62,341 bases of DNA from a candidate division WOR-3 bacterium (GCA_965648915.1 CBFGIV010000010.1:1-62341), one strand, 5' to 3'. Shown: positions 29,129 to 40,051, counted from the first letter of the stretch. A program made the numbers and translations. The notes: generated from the sequence alone by a model not told the origin.

Positions 29129-29686
29129 ATGTCCCGACTCGGTAAAAAGGCGATTCTGATACCCGACAAAGTCGAGGTCAAGACGATGGATCAGAAGGTC
29201 GTCGTCAGCGGCCCGTTGGGCAAATTAGAATTTACTCTACCCTCGGGCATCGAGGTTAAAGTCCGGGATCGTGAACTAATGGTTTCAAGAACAATGGATA
29301 CTAAAGCGGCCAAGGCCTGTCATGGTTTGACCTGGTCGATTATTAAAAATATGATTATCGGAACAACGGTCGGTTACCGAAAAGAACTGGTTATTCACGG
29401 GGTTGGCTACAAAGCACAGAAGACGGCGGATGGGCTACAGATCTTTCTTGGTTTTACAAAACCAGTTGCTTTTCCCTTACCCAAGGGTATTGAGTGTGAA
29501 GTAACCCCACCCAAAGATAATGTAAGTGAAATCGTGATCAAAGGGATTGATAAACAGTTGGTAGGTGATATAGCCGCACGCTTGAGGAGACTGAAAATCC
29601 CCGATCCCTACAAGCATAGAGGAATCAGATATAAGAATGAGATCTTGAGAAAGAAGATCGGTAAGAGGGCGATTGCGCAGACATGA
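29129..29686 (+). CDS. rplF: 50S ribosomal protein L6
   Basis: [24 protein letters not shown]. Confidence 0.98.
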   Translation: MSRLGKKAILIPDKVEVKTMDQKVVVSGPLGKLEFTLPSGIEVKVRDRELMVSRTMDTKAAKACHGLTWSIIKNMIIGTTVGYRKELVIHGVGYKAQKTADGLQIFLGFTKPVAFPLPKGIECEVTPPKDNVSEIVIKGIDKQLVGDIAARLRRLKIPDPYKHRGIRYKNEILRKKIGKRAIAQT

Positions 29687-30033
29687 AGGTTAGAGGTCGC
29701 GAGCGACGGCACTGGCGTATTCGTAAGAAAATTTTTGGTACACCGGAGAGGCCACGACTTTGTGTTTATCGGAGCCTCAAGCATATCTATGGCAGTCTGA
29801 TTGACGATGTCAATAATCGGACAATCGTTACGGTCTCGACGCTTACCCGGGAGATCAAAGGGATGGACTTAAAGAATAATCTTGAAAAGGCCCGGGCAGT
29901 AGGCAAGATACTGGCGCAGCGGGCAAAAGAGAAGAATATTGAATGTGTAACTTTTGATCGTGCTGGATTTAAATATCATGGGCAGGTCAGGAGTCTGGCG
30001 GAGGGGGCAAGGGAAGGAGGTTTGAAGTTTTAG
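29683..30033 (+). CDS. rplR: 50S ribosomal protein L18
   Basis: [27 protein letters not shown]. Confidence 0.98.
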   Translation: MKVRGRERRHWRIRKKIFGTPERPRLCVYRSLKHIYGSLIDDVNNRTIVTVSTLTREIKGMDLKNNLEKARAVGKILAQRAKEKNIECVTFDRAGFKYHGQVRSLAEGAREGGLKF

Positions 30034-30587
30034 AGTCCAATTCGGTTGAACTTGTTGAACGCGTTGTTGATGTAAAGAGAGTCTCAAAGGTTGTTAAGGG
30101 TGGTAAGCGTCTTAAACTCTATGCCTGTGTTGTTGTGGGTGATGGTCTGGGCCGGGTTGGCTTAGGTCATGCCAAAGCCGGCGAGGTGGCACTGGCGATT
30201 AAAAAAGCGACAGAGATAGCCAAGAAGAATATGAAGTCGGTTGGGGTAAAGGATGGGACGATCCCTTATAGTGTAATTGGTCGGTTTTCGGCCAGTAGAG
30301 TTCTCTTAAAACCGGCTGCAGTCGGAAGCGGTGTAATTGCCTGTAATGCAGTTCGAGCAGTCTGCGATGCCGCCGGTATTAAAAATATCCTGACCAAGTC
30401 GCTGGGATCAAACAATCCAACCAATCTGGCCAGGGCAACAATTCAGGGTTTGATGTCAATCCGTCTACCGGAAAAGGTATCAGAATTGCGTAGTAAGAAT
30501 CTCGATTATCTGATTGGCAGGAGGAAGGTTGAAGAAGATAAGAGTGAGACTGATCAAAAGTCCGATCGATTGTCCGAAGAGACATAA
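30030..30587 (+). CDS. rpsE: 30S ribosomal protein S5 (start uncertain; conserved N-terminus lies upstream of first canonical start at 30135)
   Basis: In-frame [21 protein letters not shown]...[14 protein letters not shown]. Confidence 0.93.
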   Translation, partial: LESNSVELVERVVDVKRVSKVVKGGKRLKLYACVVVGDGLGRVGLGHAKAGEVALAIKKATEIAKKNMKSVGVKDGTIPYSVIGRFSASRVLLKPAAVGSGVIACNAVRAVCDAAGIKNILTKSLGSNNPTNLARATIQGLMSIRLPEKVSELRSKNLDYLIGRRKVEEDKSETDQKSDRLSEET

Positions 30588-30717
30588 AGCAACCCTCAAG
30601 GCAATGGGACTGAACCGAATCGGCCAGGTGGCGGTCCTGCCGGACAATTCTCAGGTGCGTGGTATGGTAAGACAGGTTAATTATTTGATCGAGGTTAAAG
30701 ACAAAGGGGCGAAATGA
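30529..30717 (+). CDS. rpmD: 50S ribosomal protein L30
   Basis: AGGAGG then TTG 30529; [11 protein letters not shown]...MGLNRIG...RGMV. Confidence 0.93.
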   Translation: MKKIRVRLIKSPIDCPKRHKATLKAMGLNRIGQVAVLPDNSQVRGMVRQVNYLIEVKDKGAK

Positions 30718-31157
30718 TCGGTCTGGCTGGTTTGAGATTCAAGAAAGGTGCCAAAAAGGGAAAGAAGCGAGTCGGTTGTGGCCCGGGTTCAGGTCATGGC
30801 AAAACTTCGGGCCGGGGACATAAAGGATATAAATCTCGTGCCGGCCGCAAACGAAAACCGGGATTTGAGGGTGGACAGAATCCCCTCTATCGAAGAATCC
30901 CGAAACGAGGCTTTGTAAATATCAATCGTCGGCAGTACGAAATCGTTAATCTTGAGTTTTTGAAAAGGTTTGATCCCGGGATCGAGATTACACCCGAACT
31001 ATTAAAAAAGAAGGGCTTGATTGATGGTAAACATCCATTAAAGATTTTAGGGCAGGGTTCGATCGACAAGCCTCTGAAGATCAGAGCCCACGCCTTTTCC
31101 AGGTCTGCAGCGGCTAAGATCACCCAGGCTGGTGGCCAGGTCATCCATATTCGATAG
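30714..31157 (+). CDS. rplO: 50S ribosomal protein L15
   Basis: GSGHGKTSGRGHKG, GFEGGQNP, RRIPKRGF. Confidence 0.98.
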   Translation: MIGLAGLRFKKGAKKGKKRVGCGPGSGHGKTSGRGHKGYKSRAGRKRKPGFEGGQNPLYRRIPKRGFVNINRRQYEIVNLEFLKRFDPGIEITPELLKKKGLIDGKHPLKILGQGSIDKPLKIRAHAFSRSAAAKITQAGGQVIHIR

Positions 31158-31168
31158 AGAGAATTTTT

Positions 31169-32479
31169 ATGATTAAACCGATTGAAAATATCTTTAAAGT
31201 CCCTGATCTCAGAAGGAAGATTCTCTTCACTCTCTTCTGCATCATTGTCTATCGTCTTGGTAGCCACATACCGATGCCAGGAGTTAACGGCGAGGCATTG
31301 GCTCAATTAATGGAGAACTTAAAACAGCAGGGTTCAGTCTTTGGTTTGTATGATATTTTTGTTGGGGGCGCACTCTCCCGGGCGGCGATCTTTGCCCTTG
31401 GTGTAATGCCTTACATCTCGGCATCGATCATCTTTCAACTGCTCGGTTCAGTCTTTCCGATGATTGAAAAACTCCAGAAGGATGAAGAGGGAAGGAGGAA
31501 ACTTACTCAGTGGACGAGATATGCAACCGTCGGCCTGGCGGCGTTTCAGGCGGTGGCTATTGCAATGTATCTTGAGAGTCAATCTTTGCCCTTTGGTGAT
31601 AAGACCATCCCGATTGTCAATCCTACTCCAGTCCCTTTCCGATTTCTGGCAATGGTGACGCTGACCTGCGGGACTATATTCGTTATGTGGCTTGGTGAGC
31701 AGATAACCGAGAAGGGGATCGGCAATGGAATTTCTTTCATCATCTTCATTGGTTGTCTTGAAGAATATCCGATCTATTTTTCAAGAGTCATCCAGCAGGT
31801 GCGTACCGGTTTCTCAATAATAAATCTGATCATCGCAGTTATAATTATGATCCTGGTCATCGCCGCAGTAATTGTAATGACGCAGGCAACCCGGCGTATC
31901 CCGGTCCAGTACCCAAAACGGATCATCGGCCGAAAGATGTATGGGGGGCAGTCAACCTATCTACCGATAAGGGTCAACACCGCGGGTGTTATCCCCATTA
32001 TTTTTGCTCAGAGTGTTGTGGTTTTGCCTTCGACGATCTCTACTTTCTTCCCTTCTCTCAAGAAATTTCTGGAGATCTTCCGTCCGGGTTTCTGGGTATA
32101 TGATCTCATTTATTTCGCGGCGATCATCTTCTTTACATTTTTCTATACCGCAATTGTCTTCAATCCGGTCGATCTGGCAGATAATATGAGACGCTATGGT
32201 GGTTTTGTGCCGGGCATAAGACCGGGGGAGAAGACCTCAGATTATATTGATGGGGTTCTTTCAAGAGTTACTCTGCCTGGTGCCATATTTTTGGGTTTCA
32301 TTGCCCTTTTACCCTGGTATCTTATGGATTTCTTAAAAGTCCCATTCTATTTTGGAGGAACAACCCTCCTGATTATAGTTGGGGTTGCCCTTGATACTCT
32401 CCAGCAGATCGAATCTCAGTTGTTGATGTATCATTATGAAGGGTTTATGAAGCGAGGTCGGATACGGGGCAGGCGATGA
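31169..32479 (+). CDS. secY: Preprotein translocase SecY
   Basis: ALGVMPYISASII, WLGEQITEKGIGNGIS, GGTTLLIIVGV. Confidence 0.98.
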   Translation: MIKPIENIFKVPDLRRKILFTLFCIIVYRLGSHIPMPGVNGEALAQLMENLKQQGSVFGLYDIFVGGALSRAAIFALGVMPYISASIIFQLLGSVFPMIEKLQKDEEGRRKLTQWTRYATVGLAAFQAVAIAMYLESQSLPFGDKTIPIVNPTPVPFRFLAMVTLTCGTIFVMWLGEQITEKGIGNGISFIIFIGCLEEYPIYFSRVIQQVRTGFSIINLIIAVIIMILVIAAVIVMTQATRRIPVQYPKRIIGRKMYGGQSTYLPIRVNTAGVIPIIFAQSVVVLPSTISTFFPSLKKFLEIFRPGFWVYDLIYFAAIIFFTFFYTAIVFNPVDLADNMRRYGGFVPGIRPGEKTSDYIDGVLSRVTLPGAIFLGFIALLPWYLMDFLKVPFYFGGTTLLIIVGVALDTLQQIESQLLMYHYEGFMKRGRIRGRR

Positions 32480-33126
32480 GAGTTATCTTTTTTGGTCCAC
32501 CGGGTGTTGGGAAGGGCACCCAGGCACGTATGGTTGCCAATGCCAAGGGCTGGGAGGTTCTGGCAATTGGCGATGTTCTACGTGAGGAGGTTCATTCTAA
32601 GAGTCGAAGAGGTTCGCTGATGGAGAATTATCTCCGGGCTGGTAGTCTTGTCCCTGATGAACTGATTCTTGATGTGGTAGAAGATTTTATTGCGGAGAAT
32701 CGAGACAAAGGGATAATCTTTGACGGTTTCCCGCGCAATCTTAATCAGGCGATTGCCTTAGAGCAGGTCCTTTCTCGTCACAATGAAATGGTTAATTATG
32801 CACTCGGTTTTGTGCTGCCGGAAGAGGTATTGCTCGAGAGGTTGTCGAGGCGGGTCTTCTGCCCCAAATGTCACCGTGTTTATAATATGGCTTCTTTACC
32901 GCCACTTAAGGAGGGTATCTGCGACTACTGTGGAACGACTTTAATCAAACGCGAGGATGACCAACAGACAGTTATTATTGAAAGGCTCAAAGTATATGAG
33001 GTTCAGACTAAACCCCTGGTTGACTATTACCGTTCTCTGGGTATTTATCGTTCCGTTGATGCCCAAGGGTCTGTTGAGGATGTTTATAAAAGGGTTCTGG
33101 CGGTGCTAAATGCTCATAACACTTAA
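32476..33126 (+). CDS. adk: Adenylate kinase with Zn-binding lid
   Basis: GPPGVGKGTQA, DGFPR, CPKC...CDYC. Confidence 0.97.
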   Translation: MRVIFFGPPGVGKGTQARMVANAKGWEVLAIGDVLREEVHSKSRRGSLMENYLRAGSLVPDELILDVVEDFIAENRDKGIIFDGFPRNLNQAIALEQVLSRHNEMVNYALGFVLPEEVLLERLSRRVFCPKCHRVYNMASLPPLKEGICDYCGTTLIKREDDQQTVIIERLKVYEVQTKPLVDYYRSLGIYRSVDAQGSVEDVYKRVLAVLNAHNT

Positions 33127-33871
33127 AGGGGCAAAAGAGATCGAACGTATTCAAAAGGCGGGCAAGATAATCGCCGAGGCATTTTATCAATTAAAGAAGG
33201 AAAGGTATATCCGGCCCGATATAACCACGGATGAGTTGAATGGATACCTTGAGCAGTTCATAGTAGCCCGGGGTGGACAGCCTGCGTTTAAAGGTTATCG
33301 AGGTTTTCCCAAGGCGGTCTGTATTTCGATAAACGACGAGGTTGTTCACGGGATCCCCTCCTGGAGGAAAATCAAAGCATCGGATCTAGTTAAGATCGAT
33401 ATCGGGGTTGAGTTTGATGGCTATTTCGCGGATGCGGCCCGGACCTTTTGTGTTGGTGAAGTGGATGATTTGATTCTGAAACTATGTTCGATTACCGAGC
33501 AGGCCCTGAAGATCGCAATCAGAGTGATAAAGGCTGGAGTTCATCTTGGAGATATCTCTTACGCAATTCAGAACTTTGTTGAGAAGAATGGTTTTTCAGT
33601 CGTGCGTGAACTCGGTGGGCACGGAATTGGTAATGCCCTGCATGAAGATCCTCTTGTCCCCAATTTTGGAAAACCTGGTACCGGACCAATCCTCGAGGCG
33701 GGTGTTGTTCTGGCAATAGAACCGATGGTCAATTTAGGAAAACCGGATGTAATTACCGCCCAGGATGGCTGGACAGTACTGACATCGGATGGTTTACCCT
33801 CAGCCCATTTCGAGGACACAATATATGTGACTGAGAATGGAGCACTCAATCTGACCGATGGAGCTGCCTGA
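33110..33871 (+). CDS. map: Methionine aminopeptidase type I
   Basis: [29 protein letters not shown]. Confidence 0.97.
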   Translation: MLITLKGAKEIERIQKAGKIIAEAFYQLKKERYIRPDITTDELNGYLEQFIVARGGQPAFKGYRGFPKAVCISINDEVVHGIPSWRKIKASDLVKIDIGVEFDGYFADAARTFCVGEVDDLILKLCSITEQALKIAIRVIKAGVHLGDISYAIQNFVEKNGFSVVRELGGHGIGNALHEDPLVPNFGKPGTGPILEAGVVLAIEPMVNLGKPDVITAQDGWTVLTSDGLPSAHFEDTIYVTENGALNLTDGAA

Positions 33872-34089
33872 TGCCCAAGAAAGATTTAATTCAAGTTGAA
33901 GGGACAATTACAGAGTGTTTACCCAATGCGATGTTCTGGGTTGAGCTGGATAAGGGGCACCGGGTTCTTGCCCATATTTCAGGTAAAATGCGGATGCATT
34001 ATATCAAGATCCTGCCCGGCGACCGGGTTCTGCTGGAGTTGTCGCCTTATGACCTGACCCGGGGCAGGATTGTATATCGATATAAGTAG
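33871..34089 (+). CDS. infA: Translation initiation factor IF-1
   Basis: LPNAMF...HISGKMR...[10 protein letters not shown]. Confidence 0.98.
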   Translation: MPKKDLIQVEGTITECLPNAMFWVELDKGHRVLAHISGKMRMHYIKILPGDRVLLELSPYDLTRGRIVYRYK

Positions 34090-34102
34090 GAAGAAGGTAA
34101 GG

Positions 34103-34216
34103 ATGAAAGTCAGGGCTTCAGTTAAGGTGCGTTGTGTTCACTGCAAGGTAGTCAAGCGTAAAGGTGTTGTCCGGATAATTTGTAAGAATCCAAAACACCG
34201 ACAACGACAAGGATAA
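34103..34216 (+). CDS. rpmJ: 50S ribosomal protein L36 (absent from ORF track)
   Basis: Manual translation [37 protein letters not shown]. Confidence 0.97.
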   Translation: MKVRASVKVRCVHCKVVKRKGVVRIICKNPKHRQRQG

Positions 34217-34347
34217 AAGATAGATGCCCGAAAATAGGGATGAGAGATCGGTTGATATAAATTTCAGGTATTTCCGGCTCCGGACACAGAAGGGGCCCGA
34301 CCGATTTACCCTGTATTGGATTTACTCAAACAGATTCAAGGAGGTTT

Positions 34348-34728
34348 ATGGCAAGAATTGCTGGTGTTGATTTGCCGAGAAATAAAAGGGTTGAGATTGG
34401 ACTGACGGCAATTTATGGGATCGGGAGGTCTTTGAGTTTAAAAATATTGAATGCTACTGGCGTTGATCCTAATAAACGGGTTAAAGATCTTACAGACGAT
34501 GAAGTTACCAGAATCAGAAAACAGATTGAGGCCAATTATCGAGTGGAAGGGGCGTTGCGGGCTGAGATCAGTGCGAATATCAAGCGTCTGATCGATATCG
34601 GTTGTTATCGTGGTATCAGGCATAAGAAGGGATTGCCGGTTCGCGGTCAGAGGACCCGAACCAATGCTCGAACGAGGAAAGGGCCACGTAAGACCGCAGC
34701 CGTCCTCAAGGTAAAGAAAGAGGTATAG
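34348..34728 (+). CDS. rpsM: 30S ribosomal protein S13
   Basis: [27 protein letters not shown]. Confidence 0.98.
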   Translation: MARIAGVDLPRNKRVEIGLTAIYGIGRSLSLKILNATGVDPNKRVKDLTDDEVTRIRKQIEANYRVEGALRAEISANIKRLIDIGCYRGIRHKKGLPVRGQRTRTNARTRKGPRKTAAVLKVKKEV

Positions 34729-34729
34729 T

Positions 34730-35122
34730 ATGCCCAAGCATACGGTGGTTAAGAAGAAACGGAAGGAGATAAGAAGCGACCCATTCGGGATTGTTCATAT
34801 CTTTGCATCCTTTAATAATACAATGGTGACAGTTACTGATAAGAGCGGTAATGTCCTATGCTGGTCGAGTGCGGGTAAGGTGGGTTTTAAGGGAACGAAG
34901 AAAGGGACTCCCTTCGCTGCCCAACAGTGCTCTGAGGCGGTGGCACGGGATGCATTAAGTCGAGGGATCAAAAAGATCGAAGTCCGCATTAAGGGGCCGG
35001 GCCCGGGCCGGGAAGCAGCAATTCGAACCCTCCAGAACGTTGGGTTAAATATTGTGGCGATTAAAGATGTTACGCCCATCCCTCATAATGGGTGTCGCCC
35101 GCCTAAAAAACGGAGGGTTTAG
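34730..35122 (+). CDS. rpsK: 30S ribosomal protein S11
   Basis: [25 protein letters not shown]. Confidence 0.98.
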   Translation: MPKHTVVKKKRKEIRSDPFGIVHIFASFNNTMVTVTDKSGNVLCWSSAGKVGFKGTKKGTPFAAQQCSEAVARDALSRGIKKIEVRIKGPGPGREAAIRTLQNVGLNIVAIKDVTPIPHNGCRPPKKRRV

Positions 35123-35749
35123 ATGGCGCGTGAACTTTCACCTCGTTGTAAGATCTGTCGTCGTGAAGGGGAGAAACTATTTCTCCGTGGAAAGCGTTGT
35201 CTCACTGAAAAATGTGCTTTTATTCGACGTGGTTTTCCGCCGGGGATGCATGGACGTGAGGGTCGGAGGCGGCTTACTTCCTATGGAATCCAGTTACGGG
35301 AGAAACAGAAGGTTAAAGCAATTTATGGAATTTTAGAAAGACAGTTTCGGCATTACTTCAAATTGGCGGAGAAGAAAGGGAATCCCGGGGCAAACCTGCT
35401 TATCCTCCTCGAACGGCGGCTGGATAATGTCCTCTATCTCTTAGGTTTTGCCAGTTCCCGCAGTATGGCCCGACAGTTCATCAATCACGGTCATATAAGG
35501 GTCAATAATCGGAAGATTGATATCTGTTCATATAGTGTTAAGGTCGATGATCAAATATCTTTGTGCCCTTCACTGCAGTCCAATCCATTTCTTCTTGAAA
35601 GCATCGAAGCGAAAGATCCGTCAACCATTCCTCCCTGGTTACAACTTGATCGTGAAAAATTTATTGGTAAGGTCGTGCGGCTCCCCAAGCGGGAAGATAT
35701 TACAACTCCGATACAGGAACAGTTGATTGTTGAGTTATACTCCAAGTGA
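35123..35749 (+). CDS. rpsD: 30S ribosomal protein S4 (Cys-containing type)
   Basis: CKICRREG, QLREKQK, LERRLDN, IVELYSK. Confidence 0.98.
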   Translation: MARELSPRCKICRREGEKLFLRGKRCLTEKCAFIRRGFPPGMHGREGRRRLTSYGIQLREKQKVKAIYGILERQFRHYFKLAEKKGNPGANLLILLERRLDNVLYLLGFASSRSMARQFINHGHIRVNNRKIDICSYSVKVDDQISLCPSLQSNPFLLESIEAKDPSTIPPWLQLDREKFIGKVVRLPKREDITTPIQEQLIVELYSK

Positions 35750-35838
35750 TGCGCTATTTGATATGGTTGAATTATGCTCAATGATGTAGTTTACAAATTT
35801 AATCTATAGCAGATCATAAGAACTTATAAGGAGTTAAA

Positions 35839-36858
35839 ATGAGATTGAAGCCTTTTCTCATGCCCGAGAAAGTTGTTATTGATGAGAAAGTCTCGAATGA
35901 GAGGCATGGCCGATTTATTATATCCCCGCTGGAACGAGGCTGGGGTGTTACACTGGGTAATACTTTACGGCGGGCACTGCTGTCTTCAATCCAAGGTTCG
36001 GCCATTACCCAGGTTAGAATAGATGCCGAGAGGACTAAAGGTAAAGAACGCATCCTCCATGAATTTACCACGATCCCTGGTGTTGTTGAGGATGTTGTTC
36101 AGATTATTTTGAATATTAAAAAAGTCCGGGTAAAACTTTTAACTGATGAGCCGAGGACCCTGATGCTCAAGATTCGGGGCAAGAAGGAGTATTTCGGAAG
36201 GGACATCGAAAAGAACCCCGAGGTGGTAGTCGTTTCGCTTGATCAGAAGATCTGCACCGTAACGGATAATAACCTGAAACTGACAATAGAGATGATTGTC
36301 GATCTCGGTCGGGGTTATGTTCCGGCGGAGATGCTTAAGCAGGAAGATGCTCCGATTGGAACAATATTTGTTGATGGTTTGTTTTCACCCGTGACCAATG
36401 TCAGTTTTAATGTCAGTAATACCCGTGTTGGGCAGAGGACTGACTATGATTCCTTAACGATCGATGTTGATTGTGATGGAACGATAACTCCAACTGAAGC
36501 AATGATTCAGGCCAGTAAACTACTCAAGGAGCATATCAATCTTATTATGGCATTAGGTGAAGAGCCGGAACTCGCCACTTATGAAAGGATTGATGCGGAA
36601 ACAAAACGACTACGCGACCTTCTTTCGCGGAGTGTCGAGGAGCTTGAGATCTCGGTTCGGGCATCGAACTGTCTGAAGAAAGACGGAATAAAAACTATAG
36701 GAGAATTGGTTCGACGAACGGAGGCGGATATGCTTAAGATTGAAAACTTTGGCCGAAAGTCACTCTCTGAACTCAAAAAGGTGCTGGCCCAGATTGGTCT
36801 TTCTTTCGGTATGGATGTTGATGCAATTTTGAATCCAAAAGAAGGGAAAAGATTGTGA
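35839..36858 (+). CDS. rpoA: RNA polymerase alpha subunit
   Basis: PLERGWGVTLGNTLRRALLSS, HEF, SVRASNCL, NFGRKSL. Confidence 0.98.
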   Translation: MRLKPFLMPEKVVIDEKVSNERHGRFIISPLERGWGVTLGNTLRRALLSSIQGSAITQVRIDAERTKGKERILHEFTTIPGVVEDVVQIILNIKKVRVKLLTDEPRTLMLKIRGKKEYFGRDIEKNPEVVVVSLDQKICTVTDNNLKLTIEMIVDLGRGYVPAEMLKQEDAPIGTIFVDGLFSPVTNVSFNVSNTRVGQRTDYDSLTIDVDCDGTITPTEAMIQASKLLKEHINLIMALGEEPELATYERIDAETKRLRDLLSRSVEELEISVRASNCLKKDGIKTIGELVRRTEADMLKIENFGRKSLSELKKVLAQIGLSFGMDVDAILNPKEGKRL

Positions 36859-37403
36859 GACACGGTCGCCGGACAAAAAAATTAGGAAGGAAGAAAGAAC
36901 ATCGGTTAGCATTACTCCGTAACCTGGCCCGGGCTCTCTTTATTCACGGACAGATAAGGACGACCAGGGCAAAAGCGCATGCTGCCCAGAGATTTGTTGA
37001 GCGTTTACTAAGTTATGCTCGAAGGGGGACCCTTGCTGCCCGAAGGCTTCTTTTTTCTCATCTCCACAGTCACGAAATGGTAAAGATGATTATCGAGAAG
37101 ATTGTTCCATTGTTTAAAGATCGGGTTAGTGGATTTACTCGCATTTACCTGCTTGGACCAAGGCTGGGTGACGGCGCCGAAATGGCGATTCTGAGCCTGG
37201 TTGAGCGTCCGGTGTCCGTGGCTAAAGAAAAGCATGAAGAGAAGAAGATCGAGAAGAAAGAGATAAAGAAAAAGGTCGAAAAGAAGGAAGAGAGGAAGAG
37301 AGAGGAAAAGGAGAAGAAAGAAAAGAAGGCCGAAGTAAAAAAAGCAAAGGATAAGAAAGAAGCTAAGGTATCAAAGAAGGCCGGAACCGAGAAGAAGGTT
37401 TGA
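36855..37403 (+). CDS. rplQ: 50S ribosomal protein L17 with Lys/Glu-rich C-terminal tail
   Basis: MRHG...KLGR, RLGDGAEMA, then about 60 aa of K/E-rich sequence. Confidence 0.97.
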   Translation: MRHGRRTKKLGRKKEHRLALLRNLARALFIHGQIRTTRAKAHAAQRFVERLLSYARRGTLAARRLLFSHLHSHEMVKMIIEKIVPLFKDRVSGFTRIYLLGPRLGDGAEMAILSLVERPVSVAKEKHEEKKIEKKEIKKKVEKKEERKREEKEKKEKKAEVKKAKDKKEAKVSKKAGTEKKV

Positions 37404-37410
37404 GGAATGG

Positions 37411-38499
37411 ATGCCCGGCTTTTTGGGACTTACTGCATTCTATTCTTTAAGTCTATTTACCTTTTCTGGGATCTGGGTACCACGCTGGTCACTGAGTAGA
37501 GGATTTGATTCGGTACTGAATGATGTAATCGCTACGGGTTGCGATCACTGTTTTGTCCAGGTCTTTGCCTTAGGTGAATCATATTGCCCTTCACGATATG
37601 CACCTTATCATAATCTCTTTTCGTCAGATGAACTGAGGAGATTTCTTCAAAATGCCCATAGGCATAACATCAAGGTTCACGCCTGGTTTAATCTTTTTTA
37701 CATAGCATCCTATAATAATCCACCGGTTGATCCCGGACATCCTTTTAATTGCCGACCTGACTGGTTTGTCTGGGATTATCATGGACAGTCGATTTTGGGT
37801 TTTTCAGCATCCGAGATTAAAAGATTAGGACTGGAGGGCTATTATCTGGCACCAGCCAACTACTGGGTTAGAGAATATTTGAAATCAATTATTCTCGAGG
37901 TTATCACTAATTTTGACTTTGACGGTGTTCACTTGGATTATGTTCGGTATCCATCGAAAGAGTTTACCCTCGATCCTGCAACCCGCGCCAGGTTTGCCCG
38001 GATAACCTATGTCGATCCCTTCGAAATTATTAACAATGACGCGGCTCTCATTAGACACTTCGGTTCCCAGGGTTTGAGCGATCTCTACCGACGCTGGTTC
38101 CAATTCCTGTGTGATGATTTGTCTTCTTTTATTTATGAATTGAACCTTAATATTAAAAAGGTGCGACCTGCGCTCTATCTCTCGGCTGCGGTCAAACCAG
38201 ACCCGATACAAGCAAGTAGGGAGTATTATCAGGACTGGGTAACCTGGATTAATCGCGAATATATCGATTTCGTCTGTCTTATGGCGTATACAAAAAATCT
38301 CTCCCCGATTTTAAATGGTGTTGAAAAAGTAGTCTACTATCCGGAGCGGGTGATGGTTGGTCTCGGGCTTTATCTCCAATCACCGGAAGAATTGAGAAGG
38401 CAGATTGATCTATTAAATAATTACAGCTTTGGTGGTGTTGTTTTCTTCTCCTACGAAGAGATAAGAAAAGACCGCGACTTTTTGGCCGTGATTCGGTAA
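37411..38499 (+). CDS. GHL10 (YddW-like) glycoside hydrolase
   Basis: GIWV, FVQV, AH...IKVHAWFN, DGVHLDYVRYP, QDWVTW...DFVCLMAY. Confidence 0.85.
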   Translation: MPGFLGLTAFYSLSLFTFSGIWVPRWSLSRGFDSVLNDVIATGCDHCFVQVFALGESYCPSRYAPYHNLFSSDELRRFLQNAHRHNIKVHAWFNLFYIASYNNPPVDPGHPFNCRPDWFVWDYHGQSILGFSASEIKRLGLEGYYLAPANYWVREYLKSIILEVITNFDFDGVHLDYVRYPSKEFTLDPATRARFARITYVDPFEIINNDAALIRHFGSQGLSDLYRRWFQFLCDDLSSFIYELNLNIKKVRPALYLSAAVKPDPIQASREYYQDWVTWINREYIDFVCLMAYTKNLSPILNGVEKVVYYPERVMVGLGLYLQSPEELRRQIDLLNNYSFGGVVFFSYEEIRKDRDFLAVIR

Positions 38500-38516
38500 T
38501 ATCGTATATGCAGTTC

Positions 38517-38544
38517 TTGACAGATTTTTAATAATGGTTATGAT
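38517..38544 (+). promoter_or_regulatory. Promoter upstream of bactofilin
   Basis: TTGACA-N16-TATGAT. Confidence 0.6.
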
Positions 38545-38595
38545 AATTTCGTTATCATAATTAAACTGTTACCAAACTTTTACAGGAGGTTTTGA

Positions 38596-38955
38596 ATGGA
38601 AAAGGAAGCAAAGATTGATACAATCATCGGTAAAGGAGCAAGCATTAAAGGCGATCTCAAGGTTGATGGTAGTTTAAAGATGGACGGTCGCATCGAAGGT
38701 AATATAACAACCAGTGATGTGTTTATAGCGGGAAAGGATTCGATTGCCAAAGGAAATGTGGTCTGTAAGAGTGCAATTGTTGCTGGACGCATTGATGGCA
38801 ATCTATCCTCCCAGACTACGATTGAGATGCAACCGGGTGCCCACATCGTTGGTGATATCTTATGTAAAGGGCTGATCATTCATGAAGGAGTATTTTTTGA
38901 GGGGGGCTGCCGGATGTCTGATAAGACTGAGAAGAAACCACCCGAAGGAAAGTAG
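38596..38955 (+). CDS. Bactofilin (polymer-forming cytoskeletal protein)
   Basis: TIIGKG..IKGDL...DGRIEGNI...GDI...L.IHEGVFFEG. Confidence 0.92.
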   Translation: MEKEAKIDTIIGKGASIKGDLKVDGSLKMDGRIEGNITTSDVFIAGKDSIAKGNVVCKSAIVAGRIDGNLSSQTTIEMQPGAHIVGDILCKGLIIHEGVFFEGGCRMSDKTEKKPPEGK

Positions 38956-39031
38956 TCAGTCTTAAGAATAGAATTAATTGGTTGACCGACTCTTTTCAAG
39001 GTTAAGAAACAGGCGTTAGGACGATAGTTTA

Positions 39032-40051
39032 ATGAAGAATATCAAGGTCTTTTCGCTTGAAGAACTGAAGAGCGAAATGGCCGACCTGGGCCTGGAAAGT
39101 TATCGGGCGAGACAGATTTTTTTATGGCTCTGGCAACGTGGGGTAAGTGATTTTGATTCGATGACCAATCTTTCAAAAGATCTGCGGCGGAAGCTGTCAA
39201 ATGACTATTACATTGGGCAATTAAAGATTATTGAAGATCATCGTGCGGGTGATGACACAATTAAACTTTTACTCGGACTTGAGGATGGTGAGATGATTGA
39301 GACTGTCTTCATCCCTGAGGGTAGACGTCAGACGGTGTGTGTTTCAACACAGGTTGGCTGCCCGCTCGGCTGTTCTTTCTGTGCCTCCGGGAAGATCGGG
39401 TTCATACGCAGTCTTGCTGCCTGGGAGATAGTTGACCAGATTCTGAGGATAAGGGATCGGTTGAAGGTACGGGTAAGCAATGTTGTCTTTATGGGTATCG
39501 GTGAACCGCTTTTGAATTTAAATGAGGTGCTCAGAGCAATTTCAATAATTAACTCGGACTCGGGTCTGAACATCGGGGCGAGACATATTACCGTTTCAAC
39601 TGCTGGTATAATCCCGGGCATCAGATCTTTAGCCCGGTTTTCGGTGCCGGTAAAGATTGCGATTTCACTGAACAGCACAACCGATACTGTCCGTAATCGC
39701 TTGATGCCAATTAATCGAACCAACCCCTTGAGGAGACTCTTTAACGCAATTCGTTATTATGTTAAGATTCAGCATCGACGTGTCACATTTGAATATATCC
39801 TCATTGCGGGAGTGAATGACCAACCCGAGGATGCAAGCCGTTTGATTCGACTGCTCAGGGGGATTCCGAGTAAGATAAATATCATACCTTTGAATGAGAT
39901 ACCGGGCTCGGGTCTGAAGCGCCCGGACGATGAACAGGTTTTGAAATTTATTGATCAATTGAAATACGGTCCGGTAGCGGTCACTTTAAGAAAGAGCCGG
40001 GGAAAAGAGATTATGGCGGGTTGCGGACAACTCCGGGCCAATTATGGATAA
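39032..40051 (+). CDS. rlmN: Radical SAM rRNA/tRNA methyltransferase RlmN
   Basis: CVSTQVGCPLGCSFC, FMGIGEP, ITVSTAG, AGCGQL. Confidence 0.95.
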   Translation: MKNIKVFSLEELKSEMADLGLESYRARQIFLWLWQRGVSDFDSMTNLSKDLRRKLSNDYYIGQLKIIEDHRAGDDTIKLLLGLEDGEMIETVFIPEGRRQTVCVSTQVGCPLGCSFCASGKIGFIRSLAAWEIVDQILRIRDRLKVRVSNVVFMGIGEPLLNLNEVLRAISIINSDSGLNIGARHITVSTAGIIPGIRSLARFSVPVKIAISLNSTTDTVRNRLMPINRTNPLRRLFNAIRYYVKIQHRRVTFEYILIAGVNDQPEDASRLIRLLRGIPSKINIIPLNEIPGSGLKRPDDEQVLKFIDQLKYGPVAVTLRKSRGKEIMAGCGQLRANYG

